This document shows positions 29,854 through 41,420 of a DNA stretch of 64,000 bases, one piece after another (the stretch's first letter is position 1; every line of letters begins with the position of its first letter). Source of the stretch: an uncultured bacterium (GTDB lineage: Bacteria > Babelota > Babeliae > Babelales > JACPOV01); assembly GCA_963744715.1 (NCBI GenBank), contig CAVUUR010000006.1:128001-192000 (forward strand). The letters run 5' to 3'. The notes below the pieces were generated by a model that saw only the letters and a program-made list of their open reading frames with translations, was not told where the DNA came from and searched no databases. The position numbers and the translations under genes were made by a program.

Positions 29854-30879
29854 TTATTGGTTCGACTCACCTAATTTTACTGTTTCTTCTTCTGGCAGAG
29901 TAGCTGATAAATTATTAAGAAGGTATCCTATACGCTTTTCTTTCGCTTCAAAAAAGGCCCAATTCGCTTCTTCTGAAGCATTCGTAATTTCTTGTTGTAT
30001 TCTTCCGATTTCACTAAACGATGCGGTAAGTTCATCGATAGTGGATGGAATAGTAATGGTACTTTTTTCTAATGACTTCTTAACGTCATCAGAAGATGTT
30101 GTTATTAGATGTTTATGTAATGCTAAATATCGCTCTTTAAGCTGCTCGTAGTTTTCATAATTAGAGTTTAATAACATGGTATCGAAAAAAGGCGCTTCGG
30201 CCTTTCTAAGATCATCCGCTAGATTATCTAAACAACGCCGACGCTCTGTCTGATTATCTTTATTTTTTATGAGCACATTCCACACGTTCCTAAAGTTAGA
30301 AGGTTGATATTGAGAATAGTTTATCTCTTTCGTTATACGCTCTATTATCTTGATTTCATTCTTACTGATTTTTTTTCTTCCGACAAGCGCTTCCGCTAAT
30401 CGTTGATTAGGATTAGGCACTATATTTTTTTCTTTAATAAAATCTACCAGTTCTTTATCCGACTGAGACTTGTCCAATAAATCTACCATTAAGGCAGCTA
30501 CCTTGCTTTGTTGTTTGGAAAATTTAAGATTCAGTTTTGGTGAATCTTTCGATTCATCATTTACTTTAATCCATCGCAACAATCCCCGAAATGTATCAAA
30601 TCTTTCAGGAGCTAAAGGTATATATTGAAAAATTTTTTCTATATGATGATTGTCAACAGAACCAAAATTTGGAATGTTAGTATCTGGAATTAACTCAACT
30701 TGATCAATATGATGAGCAATAACTTTACAACACAAATCATATAATGAATCTATATTTTTTACTTTATTGTGCTCAATGCCAAATTCTTGTTTATTTTTTT
30801 TGGTAATAACATCAATTTCCATTGCTATGAGCGGAAATCCAAAAATTAATGTGTATAGTAGTAGTATATACTGTTTCAT
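29854..30879 (-). CDS. secreted BC-box-like protein (paralog 1)
   Basis: Signal peptide (IA-ME); SLYDLCCKVI. Confidence 0.75.
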   Translation of the reverse strand: MKQYILLLYTLIFGFPLIAMEIDVITKKNKQEFGIEHNKVKNIDSLYDLCCKVIAHHIDQVELIPDTNIPNFGSVDNHHIEKIFQYIPLAPERFDTFRGLLRWIKVNDESKDSPKLNLKFSKQQSKVAALMVDLLDKSQSDKELVDFIKEKNIVPNPNQRLAEALVGRKKISKNEIKIIERITKEINYSQYQPSNFRNVWNVLIKNKDNQTERRRCLDNLADDLRKAEAPFFDTMLLNSNYENYEQLKERYLALHKHLITTSSDDVKKSLEKSTITIPSTIDELTASFSEIGRIQQEITNASEEANWAFFEAKEKRIGYLLNNLSATLPEEETVKLGESNQ

Positions 30880-30937
30880 AACAATTAACCTCCATTAAAT
30901 AAAACTTAAACCCCCAAGATACCGTAGTAAGTTAGGT

Positions 30938-31938
30938 TTATTTGCCTAACTTACCTAATTTTATTGCTTCTTGCCCTGGCAACGTAGCCGATAAATTTTT
31001 GAGTAAAAATTGCACATTACCGCTTTGATCTTTATCAAGCGCTTTTTTCCCAGCTTCTTGTTTGATATTTTTTATCCTATTAAAGGCCGTAAACTCATCA
31101 ATAGTTAAGGTATCTGATTCAATGCCGATTGTGTTTAATAGCGTCTCAGTACCAGGACAGGCTTGTACCAATGATGTATGCAATTCTGCATATCGCTTTT
31201 TAAGTTGCTGATAATGTACATAATTATTATTCAAGAGCGTAGTATCGAAAAACGGCTTTTCTGCCCTTTTAAAAGTATTTACTAACGTAGATACACAAAG
31301 CCCGCGCAATGGAGATGTCTTCTTAGCATTTATCAACGAGTTCCACGTCTTTTCAAATGAAAAACGCTCATCGGCATTGTAAGATAAGTTTTTTGTCATT
31401 TGTTCCACTAATGTGATTTCACGTGGACTGATTGATCTTCTTTCAATAAGCGCTTGCGCCAACCATTGATGAGCATTTGGCAATATTGGACTCTTTTTAA
31501 TGGCATCCAGTAGTTTCTTTTTTTCTTTATCTAGAGAAGTATCCCTACTTAATTGCTCCACCATCAATGCGGCTCGACCACTTTGTTGGTCGGGAAATGT
31601 AATGTTTTTATCCCGAGACTGATTGTTTACCTCAATCCATTCCAATAATCGATAAGCCTATTAAGCTTTTCAGGATTTAATAAGTAATTAAAAATTTTTT
31701 CTGTGCAGTGGTCTGGAATTTGACTGAAAGCAACCGCATCAAAATTTAACTCTTTATTATTGGTAGCAATATGCTCACCAATTGCATTACAACACAAGTC
31801 ATGCAACGAAGCAATTTCTCCAACAACGGCTTGCATTTCGTGTACATTTTTGTTCTTAGAAGAAGCACGATCTATTTCCATTGCTACTACTGGAAATCCC
31901 AAAAATATGCAGAGCGATAACAATATATAATGTTTCAT
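30938..31938 (-). pseudogene. secreted BC-box-like protein (paralog 2), frameshift near 31650
   Basis: SLHDLCCNAI; second ORF shares PFFDT.LLN.NY and LL.NLSATLP with paralog 1. Confidence 0.7.
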
Positions 31939-32045
31939 ATAATTCCCCCACTAGATATGGGGAATTCATAATTTAAAAACTATGAACTCCCAAAAAAATT
32001 ATGTTTAAAAAAGCTTAAATGTAATAAGATCAGTAGGCTGAGCTT

Positions 32046-33009
32046 TTAAATCTTGTATTTTATTTTTTTCTTCTTTTGGAAGAGTTGAATCTAAGTAGTC
32101 CAGTAATGAACCCACTTGATTAGTCTGCTCTGTTAAAAACTGGTGAAGATTATTGCGTCCTTTGCTAGATTCGGTTTTTTATTTTATCAACGTTGTTAAA
32201 TGCAATAAGTTCATTTATGGTTAGTACGGTTAGCGTTAATATCTCTTTGACGTAATGTCATCCACATATTCAGGATCAAAGCTTATAAACATTCCGCGCA
32301 ATGCTAAATATTTTCTTTGCAAATACTTCATAACCTTGATAGTTGCAATCTAACAATACTTTGTCAAAAATTGGTTCCTGCACTTCCCTTAGCTGATAAG
32401 AAGTTTGCTTGGCTAAATCGGAAGCCATTGCTTCATCTTGCTTTCCTGCTATAGCTTTCCACATACTGTATACCGGCACAGACGAATCAACTTTAGGTTT
32501 TTTTTGATTTTTTAATATCACTCCCAAAGATTTTTGGACATCCTCACCGATTATTCTTCTTTCAATAAGAGTTTTTCGGCTAATGATTGGCTCGCGTTAG
32601 ATGTTTCATTATCGCTACCTAGTATCATTGATACTGCTTTGCAAACATTCTGATTAGAAAATGCAAGCTTAAGCCTTGATTGGATTTCTGATTGTTCATT
32701 AACTTTCGCCCATTGTAACAATAATTCAAAATTTTCAGGATTTAAGCCTGCATACTCAAAAATTTTTTCTTTGTTATAATCAAAAATATTACCAAAATTA
32801 GGTATTCCAGTATTAGTTAATTCGACTGCACCAATATTCAAACCAACAACTTTACAACATAAATCTTGTAATGAATCCGGGTTTGCCACTGCCCCTTCAA
32901 TCATACGCTCTTCTTTGATTCTTTTAGAAGAACTATCTATCTCCATCATTTCCATGGCCGCTACCGGCAAACTGCATAATAATACAGATAATAATAAATA
33001 TTGTTTCAT
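32046..33009 (-). pseudogene. secreted BC-box-like protein (paralog 3), several frameshifts
   Basis: SLQDLCCKVV; fragments EPIFDKVLLDCNY and VGSLLDYLDSTLP in different frames. Confidence 0.65.
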
Positions 33010-33120
33010 AATAATCCCTAACCTTCGGTATATAAACATAAATAAGAAATTAACTATAAAAAATATAATACCATTATTTAAATAAAAAAACAAGGTGGTA
33101 ATTCAGAATGAAAACTATTA

Positions 33121-34647
33121 TTATAACGATATGCCTATTTTTGCCCATGCGCCCCAGGTGCGGAAGGCAGTATTTTGTTGTGGTGTCTCAAAGAAGGCGC
33201 CCAGGCCAATAAATGTTTCACAGCAGGAAACTGATAAGAATAGATTAGTTGCTACATGCCAACGATGAACGACTGCTGCTCGTGTTGACCCGGAAAGAAG
33301 GTCAAGGTCGAACTCTACAATTGGTATAAATGCCGGCTGACTATTAACCATATCATTAGGAGCCTGTTGCGCAATCGTACTTGCACTTGCCGTAGCACCA
33401 ACGTTAGTACCTGGCACTAACGTTCCATCTCCCGCAATACCAAAAACCGGCGGGAAGTGACGATGCAATTTAAGCATTTCATCACCATGTAACCACAGAT
33501 CATAGCCAGCTTCAAATTCAACAAAATCATTTTCATAACGAAAACCTACTGAAATATCTGCCATATTAAACGGTTTTACGCGTACTTTTCTGGTGAGAAT
33601 GTTAACCGCCGGAATATTTTTTCTACCATCAAGCGCATTGAGTAAAAGGTAGCGACTCCATGCTTTGCATTTGAGATCTAACGTACGCCATTGAATATTA
33701 CGCACCAAATACAAATTTTCTATATTAAAAAATAAGGCAAGCAAATATGGATCTTGGCAGCTGTTTAACGGAAATTGAAAGTTGACCCCCGTACCAAATA
33801 CAAAATGCCGATTATTACCAAGAAAAGGATTAAAAAGAAACTCAGCTTGTTGTGGTGCTGCCGTCGGTGCAGTAAATATGGTATAGGCACCAATCTGGAA
33901 TCCATCACGATTCATACATACGGTACCAAGTTTGAACACAATTTCGCTTAACCCCATTTTTTTATGAGATTTTAAGCTAATTTTGCCGAATTCCCAACTG
34001 TTTTGATTGAATGCTTGAAAAATAGTAGTTGGAAGGCCCGGTGTATCAGGACCGGTTTGAATAATATTCTGTCTTAATTTTGGATTATTTTCTATATACT
34101 GAATCGGCAATGCAAGTGCTATCCAAAAACCATCAAAAAAATCCGATTTAAATAATGTGGGAAATAGTTTTTGATGAAATTCAAGCCACAAACTAGCCTG
34201 ACGTTGCTGCGGATTTAATTGCATAGTACCAACAAAGTTTGATGGCAAATTAATCCATTCAGCACGAATATTACGCAACTGTGGATCTTGTGCCGCATCA
34301 CCTTTAACGATAATAATATTTTGTTTATTGATCATAAAATAACGCGCAACGTTATTTAAATGTGAGGTATGTTGATACATAGCAATTGCTTGGGCACTGC
34401 TACCCCATGGATCACACGGTTCATAAACAAAATCATGCCATGCTGTTTGTTGTGCAGCTAAATTTCTGTAAACGGGTCTGGTAAACATAAATGATTGGGC
34501 ATTTTTTTCAAAATGATTTGAAACAGCAGCAAACATTTGACGAGGATTAATATTTTCTGCAGGTGGAAATTCGACACAATTATCACCATACTGATTTGAT
34601 ACCGACATTACCACTAAAATCAATAACGTTATCATGCTTTTCTTCAT
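33121..34647 (-). CDS. large outer membrane beta-barrel-like protein
   Basis: Signal peptide, LGNNRHF..G.G motif, C-terminal WGAWAKIGISL strand. Confidence 0.6.
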   Translation of the reverse strand: MKKSMITLLILVVMSVSNQYGDNCVEFPPAENINPRQMFAAVSNHFEKNAQSFMFTRPVYRNLAAQQTAWHDFVYEPCDPWGSSAQAIAMYQHTSHLNNVARYFMINKQNIIIVKGDAAQDPQLRNIRAEWINLPSNFVGTMQLNPQQRQASLWLEFHQKLFPTLFKSDFFDGFWIALALPIQYIENNPKLRQNIIQTGPDTPGLPTTIFQAFNQNSWEFGKISLKSHKKMGLSEIVFKLGTVCMNRDGFQIGAYTIFTAPTAAPQQAEFLFNPFLGNNRHFVFGTGVNFQFPLNSCQDPYLLALFFNIENLYLVRNIQWRTLDLKCKAWSRYLLLNALDGRKNIPAVNILTRKVRVKPFNMADISVGFRYENDFVEFEAGYDLWLHGDEMLKLHRHFPPVFGIAGDGTLVPGTNVGATASASTIAQQAPNDMVNSQPAFIPIVEFDLDLLSGSTRAAVVHRWHVATNLFLSVSCCETFIGLGAFFETPQQNTAFRTWGAWAKIGISL

Positions 34648-35042
34648 TGATATTCCTTTTTAATAATGAAGCATTCCCTAAAGCTTAGGATAGCTTGCGC
34701 AGAAAAACAAGTGAGATGTACAATAAAATTTTATTGATAACCATCAATTACGCTCTTTTTTATGCATACTTTAGTTCTTTTTGGATACTATTCTTCCTCA
34801 ATACTATTTTTTTCATCCTGATGAACGCAAAAAAATAGTATTGCCAAGCTGCCCCAAACAATAATCAAAAAAATGGTTGTATAATTACCTATCAGAGGTT
34901 TTTGATAATCAAAACATGCTTCTATTATATTTTTTTATAAATTTTTTTTATGGAATCAAAGAATCGCAAGAGATTGCAAAATAACTGCGTTTTGTTTTAT
35001 GTTACTAGTAATACCTACCCTCATAACTCAGGAGTGGTTTAC

Positions 35043-36056
35043 ATGTCCCTATCAATAAGAAAAGTAATTACTACTATATTTGCCTTACTCATGCTAGGTT
35101 TTGTTATTATTTTTCATGAAATGGGTCATTTTTTTACCTGCAAATTATTTAACGTAGCAACGCCAGTTTTTTCCGTTGGATTTGGCCCTGCACTCATTCA
35201 TCGTACCATTGGTCAAACCAGATTTCAGCTTGCACTACTGCCATTGGGTGGTTACGTTAGCATTAATAATAAAGATCTTGATACAAAACCATACTGGCAA
35301 AAAATGGTGATTACCTTAGCGGGTATTTTTAATAATATTATTCTTAGTTTATTTCTTATTATTATTCTTTTTTTAATTAATCGCTCAATAATAGTACCGG
35401 TCATAGGCGATATAACATCCGGCTCACCCGCCGATAAAGCAGGATTGCAACGTAATGATAAAATTAGTATGGTTAATCATATACCATTACATAATACCAT
35501 GACGTTACTCATGCAGATTATTCAATCATCGCCCCATAAAAATATTACGTTGAGTATTACAAGAAACAATACACCGCTTGAAAAAGTAGTACATCTGGAA
35601 CGAACAATTTTTATGGGAACATCTGTCGGCTACTTAGGAGCTACTTTTTGCACCGATACCACACATACCAAATCATTCGGCACCAGCATCATGGAAGCAC
35701 TGCAAACAACAAAAGCATTAATCTATGAATATATTTTTTTATTAATAGGCTTATTTAAATCAACATCACCAAAACAGATTAAGGGCCCGTTAGGGATACT
35801 TGCCTTAACCAGCCAAAGCCTTTCACAAGGATTATCTTTTTTTCTCTTTTTTATAGCGAGCATCAGTATTCAATTGGGAATATTCAATCTTATTCCTATC
35901 CCACTCCTGGATGGCGGACAGGCCTTTGAATATACCCTTCAAGCAGCAACCGGCAATATGTTATCCTTTGAGGATGTCGCCCTTATTCATTACAGTATAC
36001 TGATACTCTGCATTCTGTTCATTATTTATATTAATAGAAAGCCCCGTACTACATAA
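35043..36056 (+). CDS. rseP: RIP metalloprotease RseP (M50 plus PDZ)
   Basis: HEMGH, FSVGFGP, PLGGYV, SPADKAGL and NLIPIPLLDGG. Confidence 0.9.
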   Translation: MSLSIRKVITTIFALLMLGFVIIFHEMGHFFTCKLFNVATPVFSVGFGPALIHRTIGQTRFQLALLPLGGYVSINNKDLDTKPYWQKMVITLAGIFNNIILSLFLIIILFLINRSIIVPVIGDITSGSPADKAGLQRNDKISMVNHIPLHNTMTLLMQIIQSSPHKNITLSITRNNTPLEKVVHLERTIFMGTSVGYLGATFCTDTTHTKSFGTSIMEALQTTKALIYEYIFLLIGLFKSTSPKQIKGPLGILALTSQSLSQGLSFFLFFIASISIQLGIFNLIPIPLLDGGQAFEYTLQAATGNMLSFEDVALIHYSILILCILFIIYINRKPRTT

Positions 36057-36088
36057 TGGCGAACATGATTTATATCAATAATTCACCG

Positions 36089-37509
36089 TTATTTTTTTGC
36101 AAGAAGATTATCAATAATTAGTTCAAGAAAATTGTTGTTTTTTCCCGGCACATAACGCGCATGCCATTCAATTAAAAAACCTTTTTTTAACGCCATAGAA
36201 TGATAACCGGTAAGAATATAATTTTCTTGGGTAAATCTTAATGAGCAAAATTGTGCAGCATGAAATCCATAGAGATCCCCAGAAAATGCAGGGTTAGGTT
36301 TTGGGGCGAGGTCCCAAGTCTTAATAAATCCCTCACCACCACGCGCACCAATCTGCTGGCCATTATCATTAAAGGCGAGTGCATTAACTGATCCAAGATC
36401 ATGCGGCAATTGCGCGATAAATTTATTTTCTTGTACATTGTATAAGGCAATTTTTTCATTTTCTTTTTTGTTTCATACAATGCCATGGCGAGAATATGAG
36501 GATCAGTTGGGGCAAAAAGTGCTGAAGAAATCTCATAATCTCGTGAAAATTTAGTCCTTTCCGATGCGCCAGCACGAATAAACGTTTTTAATAAAGTACG
36601 CGTTGCCACATTCCATAATTTAACCGCACCATCAAAAGCAGCAGAGGCCAATAAAGAACCATCACTATTAAAACTTACGGTGTGCCCAAATCCCATATGT
36701 CTTCCCAACGTAGCTTCTTCTTTCCAGGTTTGTGTATTCCATAATTTAACCATTGCATCATCTGATGTACTTGCCAACAATGTTCCTTGTGGATTAAAAA
36801 CAACAGAAGTAACCGCATCTTCATGCTGGAGGCCTGCAACTTCTTTACTATCAAACCGATCATCTAATTCAAGTATCTTGATATTGGTAGTTTGTTTACC
36901 AAGAAAACCTACCGCAATAATATTATTATTTTTTGGATTAAAAGCTAATGATCGAATCGGTTTTTCAGTTACTTCTATTTCTTTAATTAATGATTTTTTA
37001 CTCCAGTCCAAAATTTGTAATGTACCATTATAATTGCCAACAACTACGATATTAGTACCTTGTGGATGTTGCACAATAACACTTGGATTATTTTCAGTTA
37101 ATATAACTGCACCAATATCTTTAAAATAATCCGGCTTTTTACTCATTATAGAGATAGCAAGGTAATCTTGAACCACATCTGCTGCTTTCCCCAATTGCTC
37201 AAGTACAGCAAAAAGCTCATCTTTATTTTGTTGTGTAACTTTTTCTATTATATAATCTGCATACTTATTTAGATCAATTTTTTTATAATCACGAGCTTCT
37301 ATGTGCGGTTTTAAATCATTAAACAATGATGCAAAAACAGAAATTGGTTTTGGTTTTACTGCTATTGGCAGCTGGGCAAGCATTGTTGAAAGTTCACGTA
37401 AGTTCTGATTGAGGAGTAATAAATTATCTTGTATATCCTGCAATGCTCCTGAGCAGGTATATTCATTACCAATGAGTACAAAAAATATTATAATCAGATA
37501 GCGCTTCAC
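36089..37509 (-). CDS. secreted WD40 repeat protein, frameshift near 36410-36470
   Basis: H..AVTSVVFNPQG.LLAS...D..VKLWN repeats; the last repeat (HDLGSVNALAF...IKTWD) is in another frame. Confidence 0.8.
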
Positions 37510-37594
37510 TAAAACTCCTATTGCATATTTTGATAAAAAACGGTTATTTACCTAATCAAATAGCATATTCGATGCAATAAAAGCAATATAAAAA

Positions 37595-37628
37595 ATAAAT
37601 GCTCACATGTATGCATGCGAGCATTTAT
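37595..37628. terminator. intergenic hairpin
   Basis: ataaatgctc...gagcatttat inverted repeat. Confidence 0.45.
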
Positions 37629-37676
37629 TACATTACATAAGAAAATATCGTAATTATTTTTTTGCAGTTTTTTTCT

Positions 37677-38165
37677 TTAGTTCTTTGCTGTATAAATTGT
37701 TAATTGTGATTGAAATTCTTCATCAGTCGAAATATCAATATTTGTTCTACTGGTTAATGCATCTACAATGCTTGACACCACTTGAATTTTTGAACCATTA
37801 TTCAACGCTTCATTGCACAGTATTATTGAATAAATTGATAACTCTTTAAAAATTGGTACTAGCTTCACGCCTTTAGACTGGCTATACCGACCATATGCAC
37901 TAGCTGCACAATCGTTAAAAAAATCTGCTCTCCCTAAATAGGTAATATAATTTTTGCCATCTTCATTCACAAGCACCGCTTCCTGCATATTGCGCACAGC
38001 AAGAGTGCCGCAAAATTCAATAAATTTAGCATTATCCAAAGCATTAATTTTTGATTGTTGCCCTGATGTCAAGGCGATAGCATCAAATATTGACGTATTA
38101 TCTTGCATAGCTAAACAAGCATTAAGCACAGTGATAAAAAACAATAACATTAATTTTTGACTCAT
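37677..38165 (-). CDS. secreted hypothetical protein
   Basis: Signal (LA-MQ); shares FN..A..AY.RY...S....I with 38193-38657. Confidence 0.65.
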   Translation of the reverse strand: MSQKLMLLFFITVLNACLAMQDNTSIFDAIALTSGQQSKINALDNAKFIEFCGTLAVRNMQEAVLVNEDGKNYITYLGRADFFNDCAASAYGRYSQSKGVKLVPIFKELSIYSIILCNEALNNGSKIQVVSSIVDALTSRTNIDISTDEEFQSQLTIYTAKN

Positions 38166-38192
38166 ATTATACCTTTAGCGAACCTCAATTAC

Positions 38193-38657
38193 TTAACTAA
38201 AAAAAACACCATATTCTTCTGGTTCTAAATTTATACCGTCAAGATTAGCAATAATCAAGCTTTTCAAATCTACGGCTTGATCAATTACGCCAGCATCATA
38301 CAATATTTCATCACGCTGCACAACGTTTCTTAATATAGCAATTGCATGTTTTATTGCTTCAAATTTATTTTTATGTAAATTTTTCGCATCCTTAATAGCT
38401 GAGCTAGAGTAAAGAATTGATTTATGTGAAAAGTCTAATGCAATTTTCTTATAATTTTCGCTTGCAGCCAAATCGTTCTCAATGTACCGATTGTAAGCAT
38501 CATCAGCTAACTGATTGAATAATAAAGATTTTTCATACAAATTACCATAGCTAATTATATTGTAACCTTTATCGTTAATCACGTTAATTTCTAAATCTTG
38601 TTCCATAGCACAACAACTATGAACAAAAATGGATACTAAAAAAACTATTATATACAT
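38193..38657 (-). CDS. secreted hypothetical protein, paralog of 37677-38165
   Basis: Signal (CA-ME); shared motif. Confidence 0.65.
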   Translation of the reverse strand: MYIIVFLVSIFVHSCCAMEQDLEINVINDKGYNIISYGNLYEKSLLFNQLADDAYNRYIENDLAASENYKKIALDFSHKSILYSSSAIKDAKNLHKNKFEAIKHAIAILRNVVQRDEILYDAGVIDQAVDLKSLIIANLDGINLEPEEYGVFFS

Positions 38658-38666
38658 ATGCTTTTC

Positions 38667-39671
38667 TTATCGTTGTAATTTTTGCTGTTGTAACTCTCTT
38701 GACGCATCAATATTTATAAAATCTTTGCAGAATTTTTCCAATCGTTCTTCAGGTATATTTTTTTCCAATGTATTTTCTACTATCCAATCACTCAATAATA
38801 TGCCCTCATTTAATAAATCCTTATTACGAGATGCGCTAATTTCCGATACACTGTCAAGTACTGAATTAAGATGTTTATCAATATCATCTTGATGATCTTG
38901 TTTCTTCAACGTTCTTATATACTTACTAAAACCGATATATGCCTGTTCTTGGACAGTCAAAAGCATCATAAATTTTCTTTCATCGTCAGGGGTCATTTTA
39001 CGTGAAAAACTATTTTTTCTTCCTCTCGTTCGTACCGCCGACTTATTCACAGATTTTACGTATTCTTTGAATTGCCCATCGCAAAATTGCGCAAGACTAT
39101 AAGGATTTAAGTCTTTGTCCTCCAACTTAATTGCTCGAGCAGCCTTTTTTGCAAATACCTTAAATTCATCATTATACTTTCTCACAAAATTAATAACTTC
39201 TTGATGGCAACTCGCATTCATTACCTTCTCTATACGAGTTTTAGTTTGAAGAAATTGTTCCCTATCTGACTTACATTTTTCAGAACTATTCAAAGCAACT
39301 GAATGGCGTATAAACCCCGATAAATTACCATTATTGTCCGCTATACCCTTTTCTTTAATTGCGGATAGCCTTAGCATAACTTCTAACAAACCTACCTTCT
39401 CATCATTATTTTCCATGGGTAGCGTTGGTGCTTCAGCAATATCCCCAGGATATTCAACCGCAGGCGACCTTAAGAAAACGTCCATACGTGCTTTCTGATC
39501 ATCATTATTACTTTTTATTGGTAATATCTCATTCTTTCTAATTTCATCCATTATTCGCGCAAGCACTACCTCGCCATCAGGATCTATTTGCTCAAGCTTA
39601 TCATTCTCCATGCCGAAACACTGCCCTACAAAAACAGCTGAAAACATTACAAATATAAATTTATTATTCAT
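38667..39671 (-). CDS. secreted helical hypothetical protein
   Basis: AAGG RBS before MNNKF; signal (FG-ME). Confidence 0.65.
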   Translation of the reverse strand: MNNKFIFVMFSAVFVGQCFGMENDKLEQIDPDGEVVLARIMDEIRKNEILPIKSNNDDQKARMDVFLRSPAVEYPGDIAEAPTLPMENNDEKVGLLEVMLRLSAIKEKGIADNNGNLSGFIRHSVALNSSEKCKSDREQFLQTKTRIEKVMNASCHQEVINFVRKYNDEFKVFAKKAARAIKLEDKDLNPYSLAQFCDGQFKEYVKSVNKSAVRTRGRKNSFSRKMTPDDERKFMMLLTVQEQAYIGFSKYIRTLKKQDHQDDIDKHLNSVLDSVSEISASRNKDLLNEGILLSDWIVENTLEKNIPEERLEKFCKDFINIDASRELQQQKLQR

Positions 39672-39824
39672 AAATACCTTTATTAAAAACATATTATATA
39701 CTACAAAACAATTCATAGCATAACTGAAAATGAAATAAAGTAAATATAATAAAAAAACCTTTACTGGCAAATTTATTGTATATTTTTGCACAAGAGAAAA
39801 TATTTTGAAGGATAAAAATATTCG

Positions 39825-41243
39825 TTATTTTATTATACCTTGAGCATGCAAAAATGTATTGAGATCCCCATACTCTACAGATTCCGTCATATCTTCTATT
39901 CTTAGGCGATATTCAATATCAGTAAGGATTGCGCCAATTTCAGGCGATTTCGTTGCCGAATATGCTTTTTGATACTCTTGCGCCGATTGAGCAAACATTA
40001 GCATATAATATTCACGAACCTTGGCTCGTTTAGTTTCCTCAGTTCGTTCAGCTTTCTCATCAACTTCTTTTTCACCGATAATTTTTTCATATTGCTTGCT
40101 TACTTGCTCATCGATAGTTTTTTCATACTTTTCTTTTAATTGCTCAGCGATAATATATTGCGTATATGCCCTTTGTTTACAATCATACCCAGATACAAGA
40201 TTATTATCCTTAATGTATACATAGGCCTGCGCAATCTTGCTCAGCAATGTTGTATCAACATGAGTATCTTGCCAAAAAAAAGCTGGAGGGGTCATTTCTA
40301 GTTCGAAAATTTTTTGAAGCAACCGTTGACCATCCTTGGATTCAGCCCCCATAAGATTTTCGACGGCATTCAGAACTGAACAATAGGTATGCTGCTTACC
40401 TAGGGGTGTAGCAAAAAAATCTTTAGCCCTTTGAATAGTGCCACTAAGCTCAACAGAAAAAAGATTGCCCGTTAAAAATTGTTTATATTCTTCCTGGCTG
40501 AGCAACGTTACTTTTTTTTGTAATGTTTCAAAATTTTTTTGATCTTTTTCTTTAATCGCCAACAATGTCTTAATAGATTTTAAGGCAGCAAGACTGGTGT
40601 AGTATCTGGCCTCCAAAGGCAATTCAACCTCAGAACAGGCAGTACTTAATGCATCGATAAGCCCTGAAGAAAATTTATTATCTTCTAAAAGAGCTGTATA
40701 TTCATCCCTACTTAATAACGTTGCTTCTTCTTTTAATAATTCAAACGTTGTTTGATCTTTTTCTTTAATTTCTAATAATGTCTTAATAGATTTCAATGAA
40801 GCGAGACAAGTATAAATTTTGGCACTTTCTTGATTCCCAAGTTTCTCATAGGCCTTACTTAATGAAGTAATAAGTTCTGGTGTAATAAAATCATCATCCT
40901 TATACACGATATTAGGATATTTTTTATTAAGCTCCTCAAACGCTTCTACTGCGCGCTCTACAGAGTCATTATTTTTAAGATTAACCAACGTTTCAACTTC
41001 CATTAATGCCCTTTTAAGAGCATCTTTATCCGTTTTATACGTATCATTGCTCAAACTTCCACGGTTAACTTCTGGACTTTTAATTTCCTTTTTCCGAGAA
41101 AATAATTTGAACCCACTTTTAGTTTTGGTTGGATTAGCCTCAAAAATTTTTTTGTTATCTTTTGTTACAGAAGTAATTTCCATTGCACTGCAACGGCAAT
41201 CAAGAAAAAATAATGGAAGCAGTAGTAATATTTTGTAATTCAT
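39825..41243 (-). CDS. secreted helical-repeat protein
   Basis: Signal (SA-ME); 71-aa internal repeat LKSIKTLL.IKEKDQ..FE.L. Confidence 0.7.
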   Translation of the reverse strand: MNYKILLLLPLFFLDCRCSAMEITSVTKDNKKIFEANPTKTKSGFKLFSRKKEIKSPEVNRGSLSNDTYKTDKDALKRALMEVETLVNLKNNDSVERAVEAFEELNKKYPNIVYKDDDFITPELITSLSKAYEKLGNQESAKIYTCLASLKSIKTLLEIKEKDQTTFELLKEEATLLSRDEYTALLEDNKFSSGLIDALSTACSEVELPLEARYYTSLAALKSIKTLLAIKEKDQKNFETLQKKVTLLSQEEYKQFLTGNLFSVELSGTIQRAKDFFATPLGKQHTYCSVLNAVENLMGAESKDGQRLLQKIFELEMTPPAFFWQDTHVDTTLLSKIAQAYVYIKDNNLVSGYDCKQRAYTQYIIAEQLKEKYEKTIDEQVSKQYEKIIGEKEVDEKAERTEETKRAKVREYYMLMFAQSAQEYQKAYSATKSPEIGAILTDIEYRLRIEDMTESVEYGDLNTFLHAQGIIK

Positions 41244-41351
41244 AGCAATCCTTTTGATGTAATAAAAAAACAAAAAATGGTTCCTTAATCTCTATTATGT
41301 ATAAAAATTAGTCTGTAGCGGTAGTGTACCAAGAATTGCTATAAAGTACAT

Positions 41352-41391
41352 AAAAAAGAGCGCAAACTACTTATTAGTTATGCGCTCTTTT
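41352..41391 (-). terminator. Rho-independent terminator after nrdB
   Basis: aaaagagcgca...tgcgctctttt. Confidence 0.75.
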
Positions 41392-41420
41392 AATTAACAT
41401 CACGATAAAATATTTTCTAT

